The notes: generated by a model not told the origin, from the letters alone. A DNA stretch of 63,199 bases, filler included, from Perkinsus olseni (GCA_013115125.1; 48 parts of 48 records of this genome joined end to end with filler, not necessarily neighbours in it), one strand, 5' to 3'; positions 25,225-36,990 are shown, counted from the whole stretch's first letter. Made by a program: numbers and translations.

Positions 25225-25296
<72 letters not shown>
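25225..25296. repeat. (GTT)n microsatellite at contig end
   Basis: Pure GTT run. Confidence 0.95.
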
Positions 25297-25396
25297 NNNN
25301 NNNNNNNNNNNNNNNNNNNNNNNNNNNNNNNNNNNNNNNNTTAATTAATTAANNNNNNNNNNNNNNNNNNNNNNNNNNNNNNNNNNNNNNNNNNNN

Positions 25397-25462
25397 GGGT
25401 CCTTCCCCGCTCGGGCCGCTACATTTGTGAGGTACCCCGCATAGAGCGAGGCCTCCGTCCAC
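25397..25462 (-). mobile_element. Left end of GTG...CTAG element (type C)
   Basis: Reverse complement matches 63133-63198; junction tCTCG|GTGGACGG; truncates the protease at KVLG. Confidence 0.85.
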
Positions 25463-26617
25463 CGAGAACCTTGTGCCGCTGCGCACCGTCGAAGGGGATC
25501 AGGGTGGTCTCGTCAGGGAGCAAGGGGACGGACACACCGGCACGTTGCCAACGGTCGAGCTCATCAGCAGATACCAAAGCCACTTCACAGCCAGAATCGA
25601 GGAGACCACGGGCCGAACAGGAGGAAGTGTCGCCACAATTGCCGATCGTAACTTCCAGGAGCTGTAGCCGAGAGTTCTTGGAGTCAACATCCAAGTGTAC
25701 GGCGTTAACTTCAGCGGTCTTGGGGGGATCGGCAGTAGTACGAGGTCGCTTCCTGGACGGCTCAGGGCACGGACAAGCTCGTCCAAAGTGTCCAGTACCA
25801 CCACACCTGTGGCACTGGATACCCGCACAGTGAGCGGCAGGGTTACCAACCGGTCGGTCATGATGTACACCACACTGGGGACAACGGAGGTTCAGGAAGG
25901 CAACCTGAATCTCGGGACAAAGAGAGGTACCGTGGGCATGTGAAAGGCAACGTTGACACTTAAACTTGCGGAGGAACTCCAGGCAGAAGATGGCGGGGTC
26001 GCTGCAAGTGTCGTCGGGCCTCTGAGCTGTAGGGTCAGTTGGGTAACGGGCAGGCATCGGTCGGCCACCAGAACGAGGAGGCTGAGCTTGAGTCGCTGGT
26101 GAGGATGTCATCACAGGAGGAGTCGGACACGCTGCACCAGACTGCACAATGCCAACGTGCTTGCCGAGAGAGCTGGACTTGAACTCGGCATCATAGAAGC
26201 TACGGGCCCTCTCGCACATGAGAGGGAACGTCCGAACCTCATTACGGGGGGCACGAAGAATATCTTGCTGACCGGCCACAGTTAAACTGCTGAACCAGAA
26301 GGCGCTGACCTCGCTGTCGTCCAAGGGACAGTGCTTCTCGGTCTGAATGGCTCTAACAAGAGACCGAAACTTGGAGAGGTGGGCTTCAAAGTGGCGGTGA
26401 CCGGGCTCAGCAAGTTGGAGAGTACGGAGTGACTGGTAGTAGTCGAAGAGACCAGAGCAGGACTTCGTGTACTCACGACACAGATAATGCCAGACCAACT
26501 CCAGATGGCGTTCAAAGTCGGTGTCGCACTTGAACACGGTCGGACTTCCCTGCTCCAAGTCGATGGCACAGAGGACGTTACTCTCCACAGTACTGCTGAG
26601 GTTGTGCAAGACGAAGA
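25463..26617 (-). CDS. LTR retrotransposon gag-protease (three zinc knuckles, LLDSG)
   Basis: CQRCLSHAHGTSLC, CPQCGVHH, CHRCGGTGHFGRAC, GLLDSGCEV. Confidence 0.85.
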
Positions 26618-26717
26618 NNNNNNNNNNNNNNNNNNNNNNNNNNNNNNNNNNNNNNNNNNNNTTAATTAATTAANNNNNNNNNNNNNNNNNNNNNNNNNNN
26701 NNNNNNNNNNNNNNNNN

Positions 26718-26786
26718 GAGCTGGAAACGCGCGCGGGGCCCTACCCACGCGCTGAAAAATAATTGTGACGGGATAACGTCAAACAC
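26718..26786 (-). mobile_element. Left end of GTG...CTAG element (type C-related)
   Basis: gCTAG|GTGTTTGACG; TGACG/CGTCA hairpin, TCACAA, then GGGTAGGGCCCCGCG hairpin shared with 57965-58032. Confidence 0.7.
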
Positions 26787-27114
26787 CTAGCGGTGCGCTG
26801 CCTGATCGGTGCACTTCGTTGGCACCATGCTAGTGCCGGGTCGGTCGGGGGTGGTGCTGGGTGGTTCTGCTCTTGCCGCAACTCCGTTGCGTGCTGCTGA
26901 CTTGCTCTCATGCCGCTGCGCTGTGCTGTACTGGTGCTGGACTGGTTGCGCTGTCTCGCGCCACTTGCCGTAGTGTCGCTCGGGGCAGCTCTAGCTTGAT
27001 CCTATGCCGTCGGCGGTTGCGCTGGCGCGCGTTACTTAGAGTGGTGGTGGGGGGAATTGAACCTGTGACATTGGGCCGGTCCGCGCACCCCACTGCGGTG
27101 GGGACCCCGCACGG

Positions 27115-27187
27115 ACCTTCTGGAGTTTGAACCTGCGACCTGAGGGATGATAGACCTGAGACATGACCATTCGAGTAGTACCTACTG
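27115..27187 (-). pseudogene. Degenerate tRNA-like unit
   Basis: CAGTAG leader, B-box GGTTCAAACTCC, tRNA-like spacing, arms do not pair. Confidence 0.5.
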
Positions 27188-27253
27188 TGACGAGAGTACT
27201 GTTTGTTGAGACTCCTGCACCGATAAGAGAGTGTTGTGTGATAATGCTACTGA

Positions 27254-27330
27254 TTCTCTACCCAGGGTTTGAACCTGGGTCACCAGCATGACAGTCCACA
27301 GCACTAACTACTAGGCTACCCTGACTACTG
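27254..27330 (-). pseudogene. Degenerate tRNA(Asp-GTC)-like unit
   Basis: A-box TAGCCTAGTAG, CT-GTC-AT at the anticodon position, T-arm CCAGGTTCAAACCCTGG. Confidence 0.6.
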
Positions 27331-27496
27331 ACCTGATAGCCTGTGTCTTGAGCACCCCACTTGTCTGACACTTGGAGCTGTCATTGTCTGGCTTCTGTCG
27401 TGTCCCTCTGACTCCCCGAGTCCGAACTTCGCTACTGAACACTCCCACACCCCAGTCGGACACCTAATCCAAGTACTGAGACTGTTTCCTTAATAT

Positions 27497-27573
27497 TTCC
27501 CAACCTGGGATTGAACCCGGGTCACTCGACCAACAACCCAGAACCCTAACCAACTACACTAGTCTGACTACTG
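27497..27573 (-). pseudogene. Degenerate tRNA-like unit
   Basis: CAGTAGTCAG leader shared with the previous unit, A-box TAGTGTAGTTGG, B-box GGTTCAATCCC. Confidence 0.6.
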
Positions 27574-27868
27574 AAGAGACAACTGTAGTAAAATCGACGG
27601 GAATTTTAATTCCAAAACACTAAATCGATTATAGCTCGTAAATGGCTCATAAAATTGAAAAAATTCCTTCACTATAATACTCAGCTCGACGAGAGGAGTC
27701 GATTGGTGACCTTTTCAGCCCCATCCTATGTGCCAATCACGAAATCGGCTTCAGCACTGCGCATTTTTGCAGTGAGCCTCCATACGGCACAATAGAGCGC
27801 GCCCGGGGCCCCTCCCCCAGGCTACAAAAAAAGTAGCGGAGGAGATGAAGATACGCTGCTCCCTGCAC

Positions 27869-27938
27869 CTAGCGACCGAACGTCCAAAGGCCGCTAGAGG
27901 CTCCTCAAGGGGCACTAGGTACCACAGAGGTAGGAGGA
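27869..27938 (-). mobile_element. Right end of GTG...CTAG element (type A-related)
   Basis: 70 bp at contig end; TCTAGCGGC shared with type A; hairpin CTAGCGGCC..GGTCGCTAG ends at GCTAG|GT. Confidence 0.7.
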
Positions 27939-28071
27939 NNNNNNNNNNNNNNNNNNNNNNNNNNNNNNNNNNNNNNNNNNNNTTAATTAATTAANNNNNN
28001 NNNNNNNNNNNNNNNNNNNNNNNNNNNNNNNNNNNNNNTATGTCCTGCCCAATTTCTGCGATGGTATATAT

Positions 28072-28987
28072 GTGGTATATAATGGCTTCCTCTACAAGGA
28101 TGACACTCCCTTTCGTGGAGCACCGGCTGGCACCAGCTACTGGGCCTGCCAGCGCACCCGCAGACGGACTGCGACCAGCCCGGCTAAAAATTACGCATCC
28201 AGGCTGGTTATCTACGGTGGTGTATATGATGACTCGGTGGAACTCAGCTTGCTGAAAGAGGTCGAAGAGCACATTTGTGGGACGAGGAACGCCGGCGGCC
28301 ACCATCTGCGTATCAGTATGGGCACGTTCGTTTGCTCTGGGCTCCGGAGTCCGGGGTTCCAACGGGCAGAATGGGAAGGGCTATTGGCAAGAAATAGCAG
28401 GTATCCACACCATAGGCCGGCCCGGCCGACGTTCTGTGAGCTTTGAAGACCGTAACGAGCTAGGGTCAGCTGGTATCCCCATCCCCGATGCAGTGATAGA
28501 CTTGTGGATGAGACTGCTGACTCTGCGGAAGAAACTATGGCGGGATCCTATGCCTCTTGCTGGTATGCTGCTCCACGCTTAGCAACCACATTATCCGCCT
28601 ATCCCTTCTGCTTTCTTGGCTTCTATCGACCTCTTTGTCCAACCGCTAGCAGATGTCGACGCTGGTCACTATGCCTGTACGGTTGTGAAGCGCGGCCGCG
28701 TTTACTTCTGCGACTCCCTGTGCCCCAGTTCGAAGCCTGACAAGGGGATGATTGACCAGCTGAAGAGCATACATGGCGTTGGGGTAGAGGTGACAATATT
28801 GCCGGTTCAACAACAGAGTCCATTATCCAAATAATGTGGGGCATTTTGCCTCGCCTTCTGCACTGAGTGTTGTTTGGGCGGCGTCCAACCCAGCCAAGCA
28901 AGGTTTCGGCAGTTTAGGCAGTTTCCCCGCTTATCTACCAGTGAGGCGAAACCTGTCTACAACCCTCGGCGGAAGATCACGTTGTAA
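28072..28987 (+). pseudogene. FLYWCH-like zinc finger + Ulp1/C48-like cysteine protease, disrupted (transposon-associated)
   Basis: YNGFLY..YWAC; GHYAC..YFCDSL..VQQQ then in-frame TAA (28832-28834) just before CGAFCLA; frames are broken. Confidence 0.65.
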
Positions 28988-31828
28988 GTTGTGGACTATA
29001 CTTAATGCAGGTATATGAAGTTCTCCGTTTCCGTTGAAGTAATCTTCCAGCACTGTGTTGCGTTGAAAGTGAGGAGGAAGCTGGTCATAATGCCACCGCA
29101 ATCATCGTAAGAGAGAACTATTGATGACTTGATTTATTACATTGCGTGCACACAGTGCGCTGCACACCTGTATTTCAGGAACTTCGTCAATCTGTATATT
29201 TCCGTCGAATGCCGGAATATATCTTCTTTATACTTGAGCTTACAAAGGGAGCTAAAGGNNNNNNNNNNNNNNNNNNNNNNNNNNNNNNNNNNNNNNNNNN
29301 NNTTAATTAATTAANNNNNNNNNNNNNNNNNNNNNNNNNNNNNNNNNNNNNNNNNNNNTTAGTCCAGACAGAAGAGCCCACATTGCCAAGTGATACCACG
29401 ACTTCTGCTTGACACTCGTCAATATGTCCTGGAAAGTCCGTGGCGGCTTCTCTGGCGCCGGTCGTGACCACCGGAGAAACCCAGAAGGAGTATCGGAAGC
29501 GTCGTACTCAACGATCGGGGCGTCCATACCGAGCGTCTGGCGGCAGATGCTCCGGCAAAAGAAGGCGAGTCACCCTTAGAGATGCACACGTGCACGCCGT
29601 GACAGGAACAGTGACACGGGGTCTCAACTAGCCTTCACGCCAACCACTCTATGTTCCCGGCCGTAGATTACTCATCCCTCTGAGGGCTCTGTATATTCTG
29701 AGCCTACACTGAGTGTACAGTATAACTTCGGTCTCTGAGTTCTCGGGGGAATTGGGCTACGTACGCGTGCTAACAATGAGAACTCAGCCCCTTCACTCCC
29801 GGCGCGAGCAAGGTCGGGTCGCGAATCAGAAAACGGGAGAAATCGAGGCACAAAAACTCCGAGGGCACGAGTCGTGCAGGTTGATTAAGCAGAATATGCG
29901 AGGAGAATCAGCAATTTCGAAGTCGGGACGTTGCATCCTACGTCAGAGTGGTGACACTGAACCAGGCCGTAGCGACCACATTGATGACTTCCACTCTCGG
30001 CACGCATGCTCACTCTTTACTCAATAGACAGTGTGGCGGCCCAAAAGACGCGAATGAAGAAGTTCTGACAATTGTTTTTGATTGTTCCTTTCCCCCCATT
30101 CTCTTCAACGGAATCGGTTGTCTTTAAGATTTTCTGTGGGGGGGGGGGGCTTTAGTATTCTCACGCTGGTACGCTAGTACGCTGGTCGTGGACTTGATCA
30201 TGAGCCGTTAAGAAAACGGGGAGAAAAGTTGTTGTATACAAACCGTTAGGCCTAGAGGCCGTACACCTCTAGGTCTTATTTTTGATATCGGAGCCCAGGG
30301 AAGGGTGAATGGGGAGTAGCTTTCTTGTGATTCCGCCATACCTCTGGCGCCACAGGCATCAGAGCGCGAAGGGGCAGATAGTATGACACCTCCGCCATCC
30401 GTGCCGGGCCGCGAGGATAAACGTTCCTCCCAAGCAGCGTCTGAAGTACTTCCTCGACAACTGCCTAGGAATAACTTAGAAGGCTCTACCGATAAGTTGG
30501 ATATTGTAGATTGGTGCCAACTCAACCTTGATAGTATGATAGGAAGTGATGTACTTATCTAATCCTAGACGGATCAANNNNNNNNNNNNNNNNNNNNNNN
30601 NNNNNNNNNNNNNNNNNNNNNTTAATTAATTAANNNNNNNNNNNNNNNNNNNNNNNNNNNNNNNNNNNNNNNNNNNNCGGAACTAGCACGCCTGGAGGAT
30701 GGCCAGGCGACCATTACCTATGGTTCTGGTTACGGTCCTACTTACCCTATGATTTTGGGGAGTTGTGACGGTATATCGGATAGTGGGACGTTGACTGAAG
30801 GATTGGTTTGTTGTGGCCGTTCTCATCAACGAGATCCCTGTGATGTCTTATCCACCGGCGACTCTCGAGTCCTCTGGACTTCGAGGACTAGGGACCGCCG
30901 GGAGGTTACTACGGCGGGTGCATCTTCCTTGGGTAACCAAGAGGGCCTATTGGGAGAGCACGCGGGCCACACTCGAGGCATGGTATCATTAGAGGTACCA
31001 TATGACTTTCGAGCTGATATTGGTATCGTAGGGAACCTCGACAGGGTAATGATATCACCCCCATCAAGTTCTGGAAGGGAACGTGTCCGTATGGTGGGGA
31101 TTGGAGAGGATCGATGGGTAATGTCTTCTATGAACAACAATCCCCTGTAATACAGGGGATTGTCCAACACTACCATACCCATCATACAGGGCCTGTATGG
31201 TGGGTATGGTGGTGTTGGTGGTTCTGTTGGTGTCATGGGGAGAGTGGATGTTGGTCATGATTATGGTGCCGCTGTGAAGGGCACACCTTGTACCATTGGT
31301 ATGGCTGCGAGTAATACTGCTACCACTACAGTAATCCCTACTACTAGCTCAGTATGCTGTTATATGTTATCGATTGGTAAGGCTGTCCGTGAGGGCGACC
31401 TACCTAATTCGTCGACCTCTGTTGGTCGAGGAATGCAAGAGACTGCACCATTACTACTTGAAGAATTAAATGATGCAAGGCTCAACCATACTGGAGGATC
31501 TTCCTCAAGTTGTTATGATATAGAAGTAGAGGAAGGGAATTTAGACACCTCTAAGGTGCCAAGGAAGGATAAAGAAGTAAGTAAGGAAAAGGGACGCACA
31601 GGTACCACATCCGTTCAAGATCCCCCAAGAGAGTCCGCCCAAGATCCGGGAGATAAGGATGCAGTGGAGAGAGAAAAGGATTATGTGTCCTTGGATGGAT
31701 CGGATAAGGATCAAAGTAAGCAACGCGGGCAACGGGATGGGGGAAGGAGGGATGGATTAAAGGATTGGCCACCTAAGGATAGGAGTGGCCGGAAAGGATT
31801 TAAAGGAAGGAGCGAACGAGCGAGCGAA

Positions 31829-31896
31829 CTAGGCACACTCGCAGCAAAGCCGCTAGACGTGCGATCTCGAGTTAGGCATTCATTGTGTTGCGATGG
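31829..31896 (-). mobile_element. Right end of GTG...CTAG element (type A)
   Basis: Reverse complement matches 56838-56905; junction GTGTGCCTAG|TT. Confidence 0.85.
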
Positions 31897-32257
31897 NNNN
31901 NNNNNNNNNNNNNNNNNNNNNNNNNNNNNNNNNNNNNNNNTTAATTAATTAANNNNNNNNNNNNNNNNNNNNNNNNNNNNNNNNNNNNNNNNNNNNATGA
32001 GATAGAGCCCACGGGGGCTTGTTCCTTCGCCCACGCAGCGAGTTGCTCGGCCATATGCAGCGCAGGATAACAACAACGAAGGAAGAGCTATCACACGAGA
32101 AGGGGACCGTACGCTGAGGATGCAAACACAACGCCAAAAGTACCGGACACTTATTGTTACCACCCCATCTCACCGTACGTAAGGGCATGGGAAATAGTAT
32201 TAAGCTGCAGTGCAGACTCCGTACACAAGGAGGAGAGCCCTTCCCAAGGACCCAGCG

Positions 32258-33214
32258 CTAACCCGTGTGAGGCATAGACACAATCTTCAAAGCTAAATCA
32301 AGCACAAAAGATTGTCCCACCTTTGTCCAGCCCGAAGGTAACACCCCTGAAGTCTCTAAAGTTGAACGAAGTGACCGGGACAGCAAGTCGGCAACCTCAT
32401 TCCGGGCACCAGGCAGATGACACGCCTCCAACCTGGGGGCCCAGGAAGTGATAACCGATAACAAGAATCGCAGCGAAGCAGATCTCGACTTAAACGAATT
32501 CACAACGTTTACAGCAGGCTCATTATCCCCCACCCATGTGACATAACATGGAGGAATACCCGGCAGATGCTGAATACAGTGCAAGCCAAGAACCATGGCG
32601 AATAATTCTAGGTAGCACACATCCCCCGAGGTAAAGACGAAGTCGATAGGAGTCTCACCTGCAGGGAACCGTGATCGTTTCAAGAGGTCCCAGATGGCGG
32701 GATCCTCGGCACTCGTTATACTAAACCACTGAGCTTCTGCAGGACGCGAGCGAGGAAAGAAAACCCCACCCATCCCAGACACACTCGCATCAGTGACCAG
32801 TAAGTACTCACAAGGCGACGACACCGCACTCCTACCCTGAGGTACACGAGCAACCCGGGCAACCCTCATCGCATGGTTGGCTGACACGAAATCTGCGAGC
32901 TCAGCGAAAAGGTGGCAACGCGAATCAGACAGTCGTATGGACCGCAAACCCTTCGAAGCCATCAATCCCTTCAACTCGTAGAGAGAAGCCAATTTTGGCC
33001 TAACCTGCACCAACCAGCTGGAACACCAAACGAGACGCCCTATCAGAGTCTCCAACGTCTTCACATCAATGAAATGGCTCGAAGACGCCGCGCGAAGTGG
33101 GTTGACAATTTGAGTGAGTCGATCACCCGGGATGCTCAGTAATAGATCGCCATGATCCAAATCAGCACGGAATCCAAGCATTCGAACATTCTGTCGAAGA
33201 GCGTGGACTTTGGA
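32258..33214 (-). CDS. DIRS/Ngaro-type RT C-terminus + RNase H
   Basis: MLGF..D, LIGRL.W, VTDAS..GMGG, YLELFA, GDN, HLPGARNEVADLLSR; ORF stops right after RNase H. Confidence 0.8.
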   Translation of the reverse strand, partial: SKVHALRQNVRMLGFRADLDHGDLLLSIPGDRLTQIVNPLRAASSSHFIDVKTLETLIGRLVWCSSWLVQVRPKLASLYELKGLMASKGLRSIRLSDSRCHLFAELADFVSANHAMRVARVARVPQGRSAVSSPCEYLLVTDASVSGMGGVFFPRSRPAEAQWFSITSAEDPAIWDLLKRSRFPAGETPIDFVFTSGDVCYLELFAMVLGLHCIQHLPGIPPCYVTWVGDNEPAVNVVNSFKSRSASLRFLLSVITSWAPRLEACHLPGARNEVADLLSRSLRSTLETSGVLPSGWTKVGQSFVLDLALKIVSMPHTG

Positions 33215-33314
33215 NNNNNNNNNNNNNNNNNNNNNNNNNNNNNNNNNNNNNNNNNNNNTTAATTAATTAANNNNNNNNNNNNNNNNNNNNNNNNNNNNNN
33301 NNNNNNNNNNNNNN

Positions 33315-33463
33315 GGTGCCTCCATGGAGTTCCTCATAGTGTCAATAGAGGGACCAGTGAATCCAAAGGCCATCCCAACAGCGAGAGGTGCCAGAAGGGA
33401 TCCCATCACGTAAAGGATGGATCTGATGTCTGACCTTAAACCGTTGATGAACGTGATGGGCAT
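33315..33463 (-). CDS. MFS sugar transporter N-terminus (downstream tandem copy)
   Basis: LLAPLAVGMAFGFTGPSI, GLUT8/ERD6-like first helix. Confidence 0.75.
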
Positions 33464-33934
33464 CGGAGAGTTCCGAACTGATATGTCTAGCGATGAAGCG
33501 ATCAACTCGTTCAATCAGTGTGCTATCAGGCTACGCTTCTGACTCCTACTTGAACAGCTGCACCACCTCGTGAGCTACCGGCTGAACACCGGCTTTTTAC
33601 GCAAATCCAAAAGTATCGAAACCCCGTCCTAACCCTCCTTGGGTCCTAATGGCACTAGATTATCATGTTACGCGGGACTCTCAGTACTAACCGAGCAAGA
33701 CTGCTGTGAAAAATTGCACGTGATGAGTGTGAGCACTAACGCAACACGCTGCTCGTAGAAGATGGGCTTACCGGGACAAGGGCAAGGCTTAGTCGACCAG
33801 CGGACTGGCGCAGGTTTAACCTCCTGCCGTAATGATTTACTTGCAAGTGCTAGGTTACAACGAGGTTTGTGGGCCTCAGCTGGGAGGATCAACGAATCAC
33901 ATTATAACTAAAACTACACGAAAGAAGGCAGAGA

Positions 33935-34530
33935 CTAATGTACGAAGAGAGCGCGGACCTCATCCAAGCTCTTTCCTTTGGTTTCGGGGACCATAAGATA
34001 GACAAAAGTGAAAAGCATCGCTGCGATGCAGGCGAAGAACCAAAAGACCGCCTCGATAGATGTACCCGATATTGCATAGTCGAGTGTGACAAGGCAGACG
34101 AAGCCGCTCACTGTGTTCCCCAAAGCTGACATGCTTGCTGCGAAGCTACGGATTTGGTCAGGGAAAATCTCCGATGATATCATAAACCGAACCGGGCCAC
34201 TACCAAAAGCATAGGCGATTTGATAGAGATAAGCCGACACCACAGAGAGCCAGGCCAGGTTGGATGCAGTTCCATTGCGGTCCATATAGAAATATGCACC
34301 CATCACTAGTTGGCCAACCATCATACCGAGGCAGCTGATAAGTAGTAAAGGTCGCCGACCAGACCGTTCGATAAAACAGCAAGCGACTGCATTCGCAGCC
34401 ACCATAACGAGCTGAACTGTTATGGCCATGATGTCTGGTCTTCCTAGGCGGGCTTTGAGAAAAATAGATGTTTGAAAGAAGGTGGCGACGGAAACACCAG
34501 TGAACTGCACCAACACATGAATCATGACGG
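33935..34530 (-). CDS. MFS sugar transporter C-terminal half
   Basis: QFTG, IERSGRRPLL, GPVRFMISSEIFP, VPETKGKSLDE. Confidence 0.93.
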
Positions 34531-34630
34531 NNNNNNNNNNNNNNNNNNNNNNNNNNNNNNNNNNNNNNNNNNNNTTAATTAATTAANNNNNNNNNNNNNN
34601 NNNNNNNNNNNNNNNNNNNNNNNNNNNNNN

Positions 34631-34661
34631 GTTGTTGTTGTTGTTGTTGTTGTTGTTGTTG
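34631..34661. repeat. (GTT)n microsatellite
   Basis: GTT run at contig start. Confidence 0.9.
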
Positions 34662-34741
34662 AGTTGTGATGTACCGCCCGTGTATTATTAAACAACACAT
34701 TCCTGGGGAAGTGATAGTAAATGTATCAAATATTACAATAG

Positions 34742-35844
34742 TCATCGGATGGCCTGTTGGACGAGCCGTACCCAGGAGGCCTCTGCAGCGGCTTTGAGTG
34801 GGGGTAAAACCGCAGACAACTCATCCTCACTGAAAATGTTACAATTGGGGTCGAGTGGATCCGCTAAGAAAAGGCCATGCTGGGGTTGCTGAGTAGATTC
34901 CTCCGAAATGGTGATGATGATGGACTCGTCTTGTTGTTGAAGTGCCGTTGTAGAGACGTGTTGAAGCCAACGTAAAAGACCAATGAAGAGATTACCAAGA
35001 TCATCAACATCCCCACGAGTTGATAAGTAGTTGAGACCAAATACATCTGCCTCCTCTCGAGATGATACCAATGAAAACACTTGTCGTGGTAGATGGCCAT
35101 ACTTCAATACAGGAAGACCTCGTCGTCGTGCAGTGTGCAGGTTTGGTAGGACTTGTTGTTGCTGTAGAAATGCTATACATAGTAATGCCCATTGGAAACC
35201 GGTGAGATTATTATTAATCGACCCGACACCCGATAATAGATTGTCCCGACCCCACCGTCTGATAAGACAGACCAGTGGGGCTAGTAAGGGACTACAATAG
35301 GAATAACTACGCAGTAATCTTGCATGCAACAATCGACGTGTAAATGATAATGATGATGGTGGAGAGTTGCAAGAGGTGGTGGCCTTAACAACCCGAAGGA
35401 GAAAGTCGGGTAGTCGAGTATCGCCTTGTTGTTGTTGTTGATGATGTTCATCCTTCAATCGACATCGTATAGAATTCGTGTCTTCTAACATGATACCATT
35501 ACTATCGAATTTACTAAACTCATGAAGACCACCGGCAATAGCTTCAGCAAGTGAAGCTTCATCAGAGCTTTCACTAACCCCACCAAACATTGGGAGGAGA
35601 ATATCAACACTCGAGTCCTCTTTGGATGCCAACCCGCTGGCGTATGACCCTATCGGGACTAACTGGACTTCTATTCCAACCGGAGTTGTTTGTGATATTA
35701 TAAACGTTTCGAATTCGTTTATAATGGAAGATATTTCGCCAGCAAGTGCGGCATCAACATGATGTGTTGTGAAGTACTCGTCGGCAAGTGATCGTGCAAG
35801 GAGATTGTCAACCTTTTCAACGACCGATGGTGAAAGTTTCTTAA
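34742..35844 (-). CDS. Cid1/TUTase-like non-canonical poly(A/U) polymerase, partial
   Basis: IGSYASGLA..SSVDI, LIRRWG, LTGFQWALLCIAFLQ..VLPNL, LFLADPLDP..N. Confidence 0.8.
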
Positions 35845-36192
35845 NNNNNNNNNNNNNNNNNNNNNNNNNNNNNNNNNNNNNNNNNNNNTTAATTAATTAA
35901 NNNNNNNNNNNNNNNNNNNNNNNNNNNNNNNNNNNNNNNNNNNNAAAAGATATCTGCGACGAACTCGGCAGCAATGAGGGAATCTTTCGACATTCAAGTA
36001 CAACATAAATGAGGTTGAAAGATACCGTTCCGATTACATCAATCCACAACACGCTCCACTGGACCTCATCTCCCACCAAGAACAGCCAAAATCTTGCAAT
36101 CTTACAATTCCTCAACTCTCCCCCTCATCGAACCAACGCATCAACTCAAGACACTCTAGAAACACATCCGAAACAACATGTACTCGTCAAAC

Positions 36193-36990
36193 TCAAATAC
36201 CATCTTTTACCATCAACCTCGCTCGATTCTCTGCCGCAGTTTCCTCGCTCTCAACCACCGCCAGTCGATGCAAAAACGCCGCTTCGCCCGGTGTCCACTC
36301 GATCGAGCAAGCTTTTCCAAACTCCGCCAGGACGCTTCTCACGGCAGTAAGAACGCTCCAAGTACTGATGAGGTAGACTTCGTGTCGAAGTAGGGCAGAC
36401 AGACAAGAGTGGCCGAATTCAGCAAGCCAACAGTCCGGGCCGCCGGGATCGAACCTCTGCCCATTGACGTCCGACAGCGACTGCAAGGCGCCCTCAACCT
36501 CCTCATCTATTTCACTCACGACATCATTGCTCGCCAAATCCCTCCATTCCTTATGACAGAAAGGCTTCATCGCCTGCGCTATATGGATCGCCCTCAACCC
36601 CTGCAGACCGTGGTGTAACATCAGTGATCTCAGAAGCAGGCAAAGATGCGCCGTCGAGGGACTCCACGCCGACAGGTCCTCCACAGCCGCAAGGATACTC
36701 GTCCAGTGGGCCGGATCTAGCTGATTTTCGAGCGTCAAATTTTCCACCGTCTTCGCCAAATCGAAGGGCCTCGGTGGCAAAGCGGTCCCCAAACTGCTGA
36801 GATTTTTCCCCAGCTTCGCTCCGCCTTTTTTGTGATCGACCTCGGCCGTCAAAGATCTTATCAAAGACACGATGGCGAATTCTTGCCGAACACCGAGCTT
36901 GGCGAAAGCCGTCAAAACAGCGACCGTTTGGACTTGGTTCAACGACCCGGTGAGGGCGGGACGGCAAAAGTTATCGACCAGGGCCTTTAG
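36193..36990 (-). CDS. Helical-repeat (HPR/RAP-family-like) hypothetical protein fragment
   Basis: LNQVQTVAVLTAFAKLG-type helical repeat; weak. Confidence 0.3.
   Translation of the reverse strand, partial: LKALVDNFCRPALTGSLNQVQTVAVLTAFAKLGVRQEFAIVSLIRSLTAEVDHKKGGAKLGKNLSSLGTALPPRPFDLAKTVENLTLENQLDPAHWTSILAAVEDLSAWSPSTAHLCLLLRSLMLHHGLQGLRAIHIAQAMKPFCHKEWRDLASNDVVSEIDEEVEGALQSLSDVNGQRFDPGGPDCWLAEFGHSCLSALLRHEVYLISTWSVLTAVRSVLAEFGKACSIEWTPGEAAFLHRLAVVESEETAAENRARLMVKDGI

Larger units (their letters stand above)
26787..27868 (-). mobile_element. Apparently complete 1,082-bp non-autonomous GTG...GCTAG element
   Basis: Starts GTGCAG with the family TAGC..GGGAGGGGCCCCGGGC hairpin and ends GCACCGCTAG; both borders read GCTAG|GT; no substantial ORF. 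Confidence 0.65.
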
